From assembly GCA_016180645.1 (NCBI GenBank), contig JACPAV010000002.1:124001-174627 (forward strand): 50,627 nt of DNA, written 5' to 3'. Below, piece by piece: positions 1-7,844 of this stretch. The stretch is from Nitrospirota bacterium (GTDB lineage Bacteria; JACPQY01). The position numbers and the translations under genes are program-made. Every line of letters starts with the position of its first letter. The stretch's first letter is position 1. The notes below the pieces were generated by a model, which saw only the letters and a list, made by a program, of their open reading frames with translations, was not told the DNA's origin and searched no databases.

Positions 1-425
1 CCGGGCTTGCCCTCGCCCCGCTCCTTGCGTCCCAACACTTTCGTAAGGGAACGGATAGTGTCCCCGGCGTAGGCCGGACGCAGGAACAGAACATCGTAAT
101 ACCCGAGATGCGCAATCGCCTTTTCAGAATCGTTCTGCACGCCCTGGCTAAGCGCAAGATTGAGAAGCATAAGGGGCGAAGCAGGGCGTCGCTCGAAGCC
201 GTGTGCTTTGGCGAACTCCTCATTGAGATAGAGCGGATTGGCCTCCATGAACGACGTGGCGAAATCGAGCATGAAGGCCTCCGAGAGGGTAAATCCCCTC
301 GGGTGTTCGAACACTTCGCCCGCCACAAACTCCTCCAAGTAGCGACCGTACTGCGGCACCTTCACATTCGCCCCAAGTTGGACCGGCAGCGATGGCGCCT
401 TCTCCGCCTGCTTTTCGCAGGCCAC
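1..425 (-). CDS. MaoC-family (hot-dog) dehydratase, mesaconyl-CoA hydratase-like; 5' part only, runs off the window edge
   Basis: Not in the ORF track. Manual minus-strand translation gives ...VPQYGRYLEEFVAGEVFEHPRGFTLSEAFMLDFATSFMEANPLYLNEEFAKAHGF...AIAHLGYYDVLFLRPAYAGDTIRSLTKVL..., which has the MaoC-type GRYLEEF, NPLY and P.Y.GDT motifs. Probable GTG start at 425, 19 bp after the acyl-CoA dehydrogenase stop. Confidence 0.8.
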   Translation of the reverse strand, partial: MACEKQAEKAPSLPVQLGANVKVPQYGRYLEEFVAGEVFEHPRGFTLSEAFMLDFATSFMEANPLYLNEEFAKAHGFERRPASPLMLLNLALSQGVQNDSEKAIAHLGYYDVLFLRPAYAGDTIRSLTKVLGRKERGEGKP

Positions 426-444
426 TTCGATACTCTTTCCCAAG

Positions 445-2109
445 TTACTTCCCCTTCAACTGCTGTTCGACGAGCGACCGCGCAATAACGCGCAGGGCCA
501 ATACTTCCTCCGCGCCCTCGAAAATCGAAAACACCCGTGAGTCCACATAATACCTCGATACATCATACTCCTCCGCGTAGCCCATGCCACCGTGGATCTG
601 CAAGGCCTCCCGGGTCACCCACTCGGAAATCTTTCCCGCGAAGAACTTGACCATCGATCCTTCCATCTGGCCCTTCCCCTCATCGAACATCCGGGCCACG
701 GCGTACGTGAACTGCCGTGACGCCTGAATCAGCATGGCCATCCGAGCCAGTTTGTACTGGGTGAGTTGATAATCAAAGATCGGCAGTCCGAAGACCTTTC
801 GCTCCTGCGAATAGCTGAGCGCCTTCTCGAAGGCGGCCTGCATCACGCCGTTCGCCCGCGCAGCCGTCTGCAACCGGCCGCCGGAGAACCCCTCCATCTG
901 GAGATAGAAACCTTTTCCGAGTCCGTCTTTCTCCCCGATCAGGTTTTCGTTCGGCACGAAGTAGTTATCGAAGTGGAGCTCATAGGAGTGCATGCCGCGA
1001 TAGCCGATCGTCCCGATGGCGCGGCCGGCCACTTTACCGCCGCCCTCCTGCTTGTACTCAAAGTTGTGACCGCTGAACGCCGGTTTTTCCGCCATCAGAA
1101 TGGAAAGCCCGCGATGCTTCTTGGACATGTCCGGATCCGTCCTCGCAAGAATCATCATGATTTCCGCTCGACCGGCAAACGTACACCACATCTTGGCGCC
1201 GTTGATGAGCCAGCCGCCCTTCGTCTGGGTCGCGGCGCATTTCATCGCGGCGACGTCCGATCCGTAGTCGGGCTCCGTCGCCCCGACCGCCACCATCTTC
1301 TCGCCCGAGGCCATCAGGGGCAGCCATTTCTTCTTCTGCGCTTCCGTGCCGCCCTTCAGGAGCGCTTTCGCCAGAATCTCCGGTCGCGTTATGAGACTTC
1401 CAGAGACGCCGAGCGAGCCGCGCGAGAGCTCTTCGGTTACAATCACCATCCCCATGTTGTCCGGTTTATCATCGCTCTGGAAGCCGCCGTACTTTTGCGG
1501 GATGGAGAGGCCGAAACATCCCATTTCAGCCAGCTCCTTGATGATCGGTTCCGGCGTCAATTCATCATGACGGTGCACCTTCTCGGCCACCGCACGAACC
1601 TTGGTATCGGCAAACTTCTTGAAGGCGTCCCGCATGAGCTGCTGCTCTTCCGAGAGACCGTAGCTTCCCCCGCCCCCCCTTTTCCGCAGTTCCTGGGAAA
1701 TCTCCTCATACCTCGACGGCGACTGGGCGGCTTGAAGCTCTTCCGACCTCGGACTCTGAAGGAGGGCGGAGCGTATTTGCGAGTCCGACAAACCAAATTC
1801 GGTGGGGCGCCGGGAAAGCGTCTGCCCGACATCGTGTACTACCTCGGCCGCGAACGTTTCGGCCAACAAGCCTTCGAGACGCCCATCCTCGGAACTCCTC
1901 TGAACGCGGTCGGCGTGTGTAAGGGTGTGCCGCGCGGCCTGAATCTCTGCGCACAGATAGGCAAGGTCGTAGGCGGTCACCTGGTGACGATCGAGCTTGG
2001 GAACGGAGATATCTTTTCCGTCCCTGGCTTCCGCTGCGAGGTGTTTCAAGCCCAGCGTGCAGAGATCTTCAGCGGATTGGACGAGACTCGAAATCGCTTC
2101 CCTGTTCAT
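445..2109 (-). CDS. Acyl-CoA dehydrogenase, (2S)-methylsuccinyl-CoA dehydrogenase (Mcd)-like
   Basis: 554 aa with ACAD motifs (TEPDYGSD, INGAKMWCT, GYRGM, ALQIHGGMGYAEEY, IFEGAEE). The ~150 aa N-terminal extension and GSLITRPEI segment are typical of Mcd. It is adjacent to an Mch-like gene. Confidence 0.8.
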   Translation of the reverse strand: MNREAISSLVQSAEDLCTLGLKHLAAEARDGKDISVPKLDRHQVTAYDLAYLCAEIQAARHTLTHADRVQRSSEDGRLEGLLAETFAAEVVHDVGQTLSRRPTEFGLSDSQIRSALLQSPRSEELQAAQSPSRYEEISQELRKRGGGGSYGLSEEQQLMRDAFKKFADTKVRAVAEKVHRHDELTPEPIIKELAEMGCFGLSIPQKYGGFQSDDKPDNMGMVIVTEELSRGSLGVSGSLITRPEILAKALLKGGTEAQKKKWLPLMASGEKMVAVGATEPDYGSDVAAMKCAATQTKGGWLINGAKMWCTFAGRAEIMMILARTDPDMSKKHRGLSILMAEKPAFSGHNFEYKQEGGGKVAGRAIGTIGYRGMHSYELHFDNYFVPNENLIGEKDGLGKGFYLQMEGFSGGRLQTAARANGVMQAAFEKALSYSQERKVFGLPIFDYQLTQYKLARMAMLIQASRQFTYAVARMFDEGKGQMEGSMVKFFAGKISEWVTREALQIHGGMGYAEEYDVSRYYVDSRVFSIFEGAEEVLALRVIARSLVEQQLKGK

Positions 2110-2170
2110 GATCCAGCCGATCCCTCAATTAGCGAAACGGGCGGGCTAAGTCAACCCGTACCGAAAGTGA

Positions 2171-2200
2171 TTGCCTTGGTCCGAGGGGTCTGCATATAAT
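2171..2200 (+). promoter_or_regulatory. Putative sigma70 promoter for trpD
   Basis: TTGCCT (2171-2176), 18 bp spacer, perfect TATAAT (2195-2200). The ATG is at 2210. Confidence 0.55.
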
Positions 2201-2209
2201 CCCCCGATC

Positions 2210-3346
2210 ATGTTGCCCCGCGAGAAGGCGCTCCAGTCGTTACCGGCAAACTCCGATTTCCTCACCGCCGTTCGAGGCTTCCTGAGCCGGGAGGATACTT
2301 CCCCGCTTGGGAAGCTTCTCTGGAAGGTGGGCGAAGGACAAGACCTATTGCTCGATGAGGCGCAGAACGCCGTGCAAGCCATTGTATCCGATGAAGCCAC
2401 CGACCCCCTTCGCGCGGCGTTTCTGGCTGCACTCCAAGCCAAAGGCGAAACCGAGGATGAAATCGCCGCGTTCGCAATGACCATGCGCAATCTTGCATCC
2501 CCTCTGGGGATCGAGCCGTCTGACCGGCTATCCGACACGTGCGGAACCGGGGCGGACGGGGCTTCCACCTTCAACGTGTCGACCGGCATCGTCTTCATCC
2601 TCGCCGCGTGCGGTCTCAAGATTGCGAAGCACGGCAATCGGGCCATCACGTCCAAGTGCGGCAGCGCGGACCTTCTGGAGGCCCTCGGCGCCAAAATCGA
2701 TCTCGAACCAAGCCAAGTCAGGACGTGCCTCGAACAGACGGGTGTAGGGTTTCTTTTCGCTCCCAAATTCCACACCGCCACTCGGAAGGTCATGACCGCC
2801 CGGAAGGAGCTCGCTTCGGCGGGCTGGAAGACCGTCTTCAACATCCTGGGTCCCCTCACCAACCCCGCCCGGCCAGGATGTCAGCTCCTCGGCGTCTTCA
2901 AGCCCGAACTCGTACGTAAGATGGCGGGCGTACTGGCCAGGATGGGCACCCGGAGGGCGGTCGTGGTCTGGGGCGAAGTGGGAGGGGGCAAGGGCATCGA
3001 TGAAGTTTCGATCGTTGGGGCCACGCGTTGCGCGGAGTTGAACGAGAGTCACGAGATTTCGGATTTCAGCGTTGAGCCTCATGCGCTTGGCCTCAACTCG
3101 GCCACGCTTGATCAAATCAAAGGGGGCACACCTCAGGAGAACAAGGACCGGTTGCTCCAGGTTCTTGGCTCAGGCGATCCCCGTCCCATCAAGAATTTTC
3201 TTACCATCAATGCGGCCGCGGGACTCTACGCCTCCGGCAAGGTGAAGTCGCTTCCTGACGGCGCCAAGCTGGCCATGTCCAAGATCGAGGACGGCTCGGC
3301 TCTCAAGAAAGTTCACGAATTTGTGGAGGCCACGCATGCGGCTTGA
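2210..3346 (+). CDS. trpD: Anthranilate phosphoribosyltransferase
   Basis: DTCGTGADG, TFNVST, KHGNRAITSKCGSADLLEALG, FNILGPLTNP and DEVS motifs. The ATG at 2210 is preferred over the TTG at 2171. Confidence 0.93.
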   Translation: MLPREKALQSLPANSDFLTAVRGFLSREDTSPLGKLLWKVGEGQDLLLDEAQNAVQAIVSDEATDPLRAAFLAALQAKGETEDEIAAFAMTMRNLASPLGIEPSDRLSDTCGTGADGASTFNVSTGIVFILAACGLKIAKHGNRAITSKCGSADLLEALGAKIDLEPSQVRTCLEQTGVGFLFAPKFHTATRKVMTARKELASAGWKTVFNILGPLTNPARPGCQLLGVFKPELVRKMAGVLARMGTRRAVVVWGEVGGGKGIDEVSIVGATRCAELNESHEISDFSVEPHALGLNSATLDQIKGGTPQENKDRLLQVLGSGDPRPIKNFLTINAAAGLYASGKVKSLPDGAKLAMSKIEDGSALKKVHEFVEATHAA

Positions 3347-4970
3347 TCGAACGTGTTTCGCGATCCTCATCGCGGCTCTCGCGATGCGGGCGGCTTCTCC
3401 GGTCCAAGCCTACGAACTCGAAGTGCACGGCAGTTACCGGCTGCGCATGCTTGATGCGGATCGCTACCAGCTGGCCGACGACGGCGCCCGCGCCCAGCAG
3501 GCAGGCTGGCGCGAACATCGACTGCGGCTCACGCCTTCCGCAAAAACAGATAAGCTCAAGTTCTTCGGCCAAATCGATCTCTTTTCCGGACAACTCCTCT
3601 TCGGGAGCCACAACAGCCGCGTGGGTGAAGAGTTCGTCCTCGATCCGGATCGGGCCGGAACCAAGGAAATCCGAGTTTCCAAGAATCCCGATGGCACGCT
3701 CACCGATTCGGGCAAGACGGAGTGGATACCCGATGTGATCGACCCCCGCCACTTGTATGTGGAGTACACAAACCCGAGCGTCGGGCTTGTCCGCGTGGGA
3801 CAGATGCCTTCCGACTGGGGCATGGGAATTCTGGCGAACGGGGGCGACCGCGAGCCGCTCTTCGGCACGAACCGATACGGGGACATCAACGACCGAATCC
3901 TTCTCGCCACCAAGCCGCTGAGCAAGATGGGAGGGGGAAAATTCCACCAGAACTTTTACACCGTGGCCGCGTTGGACAGCGTCTATCGCGACGAAAACGC
4001 ATCCGTCAGGGACGGCGATCTCGCGTTCCAGGGCGTCCTCGCGGGTTTCTACCGCGAATACGAAAACATGAGCGGCTTGTACCTCGCAGGGCGCACTCAG
4101 AAGGACGACTGCCCCGATGCCCGCACCCGCCCCTGTGCCAAGTTGAACGTGGTTGCGATCGACACCTATCAGAACTGGATGCAAGAGGGCGACGTTTCAA
4201 GGCAGCAGGTATCCTTCGAAGGCGTGGTCCTCCTCGGCCGGACGACTCGCGTACTTTCCGATCTCGCGAAATCCGGGGCCGATGTCCGTGCCGCGGGATA
4301 TGCCGCCGGCGGATCGTATGAGTATCTCCCGCTCCGACTCACGGCCGCCGTTGAACACGGCTATGCGTCGGGAGACAACAATCCACAGGACGATACCGTC
4401 ACTCGACTCTCCTTCGACCCCGATCACAAAGTCGGCATGATCTTGTACGACGAGGTTCTGTACAACGTCACCGCCCACATGGCCGACAGGGTGGCCGACG
4501 AACTCGGAGCAACCGGTGAAACGGCGGAGACGGCATCCTTGCTGGGCGTGCTCCCGGACTCGATCGCCAATCTCCCCACGAACGGCGGCGTGTCAGGATC
4601 GACCTACGTCTACCCCTCGGTAAAGTACGACTACAAGGTCTGGAGCGGCCATTTTACCCTCAAGGCCGCCTACTTGGCGGCTTGGTTGACGTCAAACTTT
4701 TTCGATCCTCTAAACACGAACCAGCACGGCGGGGTACTCACCAGCCCTTATGGGATCGAGCGCGCGCACAGCTCGCTTGGGCAGGAAATCAACTTAGGCG
4801 CCGAATACGATTTTCATCTTCTCGGGGACATTGGTTTCCGTTTCACCCTCCAGTATGGAACTTACTTCCCCGGCGATGCCTTTCGACAGCCGGACGGTTC
4901 AAACAAGATCCAGAAAGCCGAAGACAGCAAGATCGACAAGGTCGAAGGCCGGTTCACCTTGAAGTGGTGA
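3336..4970 (+). CDS. Putative outer-membrane beta-barrel protein
   Basis: Signal peptide (MRLDRTCFAILIAALAMRAASPVQA), alternating amphipathic strands, G(Y)ASGD and FDPD motifs like alginate-export-type barrels, and C-terminal aromatic ...GRFTLKW. It overlaps the trpD stop. Confidence 0.65.
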   Translation: MRLDRTCFAILIAALAMRAASPVQAYELEVHGSYRLRMLDADRYQLADDGARAQQAGWREHRLRLTPSAKTDKLKFFGQIDLFSGQLLFGSHNSRVGEEFVLDPDRAGTKEIRVSKNPDGTLTDSGKTEWIPDVIDPRHLYVEYTNPSVGLVRVGQMPSDWGMGILANGGDREPLFGTNRYGDINDRILLATKPLSKMGGGKFHQNFYTVAALDSVYRDENASVRDGDLAFQGVLAGFYREYENMSGLYLAGRTQKDDCPDARTRPCAKLNVVAIDTYQNWMQEGDVSRQQVSFEGVVLLGRTTRVLSDLAKSGADVRAAGYAAGGSYEYLPLRLTAAVEHGYASGDNNPQDDTVTRLSFDPDHKVGMILYDEVLYNVTAHMADRVADELGATGETAETASLLGVLPDSIANLPTNGGVSGSTYVYPSVKYDYKVWSGHFTLKAAYLAAWLTSNFFDPLNTNQHGGVLTSPYGIERAHSSLGQEINLGAEYDFHLLGDIGFRFTLQYGTYFPGDAFRQPDGSNKIQKAEDSKIDKVEGRFTLKW

Positions 4971-4983
4971 GCGGTTCTGCTAA

Positions 4984-5070
4984 GCTCTCACCGTCAGCTT
5001 TCAGCCGTCTGGCGCGCGGAATTCTGTTTTTCCGATCCGCTGAATGCTGACCGCTGATTGCTGAAAGCTG
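4984..5070. repeat. Inverted arrays of degenerate heptamer repeats (TCAGC / GCTGA) forming a hairpin
   Basis: gctctca-ccgtca-gctttca-gccgtct on the left and cgctgaa-tgctgac-cgctgat-tgctgaa-agctg on the right. Confidence 0.55.
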
Positions 5071-5074
5071 TTTA

Positions 5075-5149
<75 letters not shown>

Positions 5150-5245
5150 TTCGTGAGTCCGCGAAACGAAGCGGGGCAATCTTCATGGAGGGCAGGAGCC
5201 CGACTTCAGAGGGATTGAAGGAAATTGCAGGAAAGCCATGCCTTG

Positions 5246-5263
5246 AATCCACTCGCCCCGATT
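5246..5263 (+). repeat. 18-bp direct repeat of the tRNA-Pro 3' end (att-like)
   Basis: AATCCACTCGCCCCGATT occurs at both 5134-5151 and 5246-5263. Confidence 0.85.
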
Positions 5264-5284
5264 TCTCACCCCTGACCGTGTCGG

Positions 5285-6442
5285 ATGATGACGCCTGATG
5301 AGCGATCTCAGCTCTTCACGCAAGTGGAAGAGCAACTCCGAAAAAATGAGGGCGAGCGCGCATTGGAGGGGTTGGACCGGCTGATCTCAGTCCACCCGGA
5401 AGACCTCTCCCTGCTCTATCTCGCCACCCGCGTCTGCAACGTTCTGGGATGCGAAACCGACTACCGGGACCGCCTCTTCCGGAATGCCGACTGGCCGGAA
5501 ACGGCTCCACCGGTCCCACCTCTCCAATTCCTGGCGCCCGCGACACGCGAGCCGATCCTCTCCCTGGTTACGTCGACCTGGAATAGAGCAAACTCTCTGT
5601 CACGGCTCCTCGACAGCCTCGGTCGGCATACAGGAGCGCCTTTCGAACTCATCGTGTCCGACAACAACAGTGCGGATGGGACCCTTGAAATGCTCGCCCA
5701 ACGGCGCACCACCTTTCCCTGGCTTGGCGCGGTCCTGTTTTCAGGCCATTCCTCCACGCTCGATGCGTATCGCACGGGCACGGAGCGGGCACGGGGGCGG
5801 ATGATCGGATATCTCGCCGATGACCTTGAGGTTGAGCCACACTGGGACCGGCAGATCACGGAAACACTGATTTCAAGATCGGAGGTCGGCATTGCCACGC
5901 CCGTTGTCCTGGATCCCGGCCGTCAGACCGGTTTCCTCGGCTCGTGCGTTCCCTATGTCAGCCGCAGACACCCATGGCTCAATCGCCACGGTACATCGGT
6001 CGCCGCGGACGATTCCACACCCATGTCCGTCACCCTTCCCGATCGTCCGATGGAGGTGGAGGGCGCGGCCTATCCATTCCTCAGGAGGGATCTCCTCACG
6101 AAGGTGCCCATTTTCGACCCCCGCTTTATCCATGTGTGGGACAACGACCTGGCGCTTGAAATGCGCTCCCGTGGATACAGAATCCAAGTCTGCCCGCAAA
6201 GCCGCGTCATCGACCACGATGCTTCGCGCTCCGAAAGCGATGAGCGCCAGGTCGTCCACAGTGAGACGTTCTTCGAAGAACTCTATGCGAATCCGGACCG
6301 GGCGCTATCGCGATTGGCATCGCCGGACAGCCGTCCCATGCGATATCTCCACGACGATTTTCTACTGGAGTGCAAATGGACGGCGTTTAGGGTGGCTCCC
6401 TGTTCCCGTGGCCGACGGAGGGCGTTTCGGGCTACGGGATGA
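5285..6442 (+). CDS. Glycosyltransferase family 2 with an N-terminal TPR-like helical segment
   Basis: LSLVTSTWNR, ELIVSDNNSADGT, ARGRMIGYLADD and FDPRF..WDNDL GT-A motifs. It overlaps the convergent qor by 11 bp. Confidence 0.8.
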   Translation: MMTPDERSQLFTQVEEQLRKNEGERALEGLDRLISVHPEDLSLLYLATRVCNVLGCETDYRDRLFRNADWPETAPPVPPLQFLAPATREPILSLVTSTWNRANSLSRLLDSLGRHTGAPFELIVSDNNSADGTLEMLAQRRTTFPWLGAVLFSGHSSTLDAYRTGTERARGRMIGYLADDLEVEPHWDRQITETLISRSEVGIATPVVLDPGRQTGFLGSCVPYVSRRHPWLNRHGTSVAADDSTPMSVTLPDRPMEVEGAAYPFLRRDLLTKVPIFDPRFIHVWDNDLALEMRSRGYRIQVCPQSRVIDHDASRSESDERQVVHSETFFEELYANPDRALSRLASPDSRPMRYLHDDFLLECKWTAFRVAPCSRGRRRAFRATG

Positions 6443-7406
6443 GGAGGATCTTGCCGGTCGTCTGACGGCCTTCCAAGGCACGGTGGGCCTCGGCCGCCGC
6501 TTTGAGAGGAAACTCCCGGGTCACGGTGAACTTCACCCGCCCGGTCTGCATCCAGTCGAAGACCGCCGAAGAGCGCTCCACCAACTCCTCGCGCTTCGCG
6601 ATGTACCATCCGAGCCCGGGGCGCGTCAGGAACAGGCCCCCGCGGATGCTCAGGATGCTTGGGTCGAACGATTCGACGGGCCCGCTCGACTGGCCGAACA
6701 GGACCATCATGCCCCTGGGTCGGAGGCAGTAGATCCCCTTCGCGAAGGTCGATTGGCCCACTCCGTCGTAAACAACGTGGACACCTTTCCGCTCGGTGAT
6801 ACGTCGAACCTCCTCCTCGAAATCCTGTCGGGTGTAGAGAATAACGTGATCCGCGCCGGCGGCTCTGGCCAACTTTTCTTTCTCCTCGGTGGAGACCGTT
6901 CCAATGACGGTGGCCCCGAGCATCTTTGCCACCTGGCACAGAATCAGACCCATTCCACCTGCGGCGGCATGGACCAGGCATAGCTCGCCCTTCTTCAACG
7001 TGTACGTGGTGTGCGTGAGATAGTGCGCCGTCATGCCTTGAAGCATGGCAGCGGCGCCGAGATTCGAATCGATTCCGGCAGGCCTTCGCACCAAGCGGTC
7101 GGCCTTGACCACTTGATACTCCGCGTAGGCCCCCATCACATTGGTGTAGGCGACGGGGTCGCCTTCGGACCAATCCATCACATCGGGCCCGATTTTCTCC
7201 ACGATCCCCGCCGCCTCCTGGCCCGACGTAAAAGGCAGGTCGGTCTTGTAGAACCCGGTTCGGTAGTAGGTGTCGATGTAGTTGACCCCGATCGCCTCGA
7301 TCTTGACGAGGACCTGGCCGGGTCCCGGCTCGGGCACCGGGATGTCCTCATACGAGAGGACTTCCGGCCCGCCGGTGCGAGCAACACGGATGGCCTTCAT
7401 GGTCAT
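6432..7406 (-). CDS. qor: NADPH:quinone oxidoreductase (zeta-crystallin/MDR family)
   Basis: MKAIRV..GGPEVL, IGVNYIDTYYRTG, LVHAAAGGMG, VVYDGVG, AHRALEGRQTTGKILL. Confidence 0.9.
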   Translation of the reverse strand: MTMKAIRVARTGGPEVLSYEDIPVPEPGPGQVLVKIEAIGVNYIDTYYRTGFYKTDLPFTSGQEAAGIVEKIGPDVMDWSEGDPVAYTNVMGAYAEYQVVKADRLVRRPAGIDSNLGAAAMLQGMTAHYLTHTTYTLKKGELCLVHAAAGGMGLILCQVAKMLGATVIGTVSTEEKEKLARAAGADHVILYTRQDFEEEVRRITERKGVHVVYDGVGQSTFAKGIYCLRPRGMMVLFGQSSGPVESFDPSILSIRGGLFLTRPGLGWYIAKREELVERSSAVFDWMQTGRVKFTVTREFPLKAAAEAHRALEGRQTTGKILLIP

Positions 7407-7423
7407 CCCTTTCTAGCCCAGCT

Positions 7424-7831
7424 CTACTTGCCGTTCAAGGCGGGAGAAAAAGCCACCCTCAGATCTCGATAGAAAAGAACCCAGCCGACCAAGGCGCCAA
7501 CAACATAGGGCCAGAAGATCAACTGAGTGGCGATATCGTGTGGCAGGGCGCCCGTCCACATCGCCGTTGCGCCATGGATACCGATATAGAGGATGGCGCC
7601 ACAGACGATCAGTCCGCTCGCATACGCCCAAGGGCGCTTCTGCCGGATGCCCGCAAGCAACGCCACCAGATTGGCGGTCAGGAACAGGTCCGCCGGAAGG
7701 AACGTCTTGGCATTCCGTACCATCTCAGGCGTCATCTTGTCATCGTAGTAGCCGGTGAAAGTTAGCCACCACCAGATGGGTACATAAACGGCCAATCCCG
7801 CAACACCGATTCCAATGGCCCATTTTTTCAT
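7424..7831 (-). CDS. Small membrane protein (about 4 TM), unknown function
   Basis: ATG at 7831 (MKKWAIGIGVAGLAVYVPIWWW...) follows an AAAGGGG RBS. It has four hydrophobic segments and starts 13 bp after the GRE stop. Confidence 0.7.
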   Translation of the reverse strand: MKKWAIGIGVAGLAVYVPIWWWLTFTGYYDDKMTPEMVRNAKTFLPADLFLTANLVALLAGIRQKRPWAYASGLIVCGAILYIGIHGATAMWTGALPHDIATQLIFWPYVVGALVGWVLFYRDLRVAFSPALNGK

Positions 7832-7844
7832 CGCAAACCCCCTT

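Noticed and set aside
108-488. Plus-strand 126-aa ORF in the track
   Set aside because: It is the antisense shadow of the MaoC-like gene on the minus strand, which carries recognisable motifs.
766-2199. Long plus-strand ORF (477 aa) and similar long antisense ORFs, e.g. 8307-9914, 32363-33925, 33992-35494
   Set aside because: They are shadow frames of well-supported genes in high-GC DNA, with no motifs of their own.
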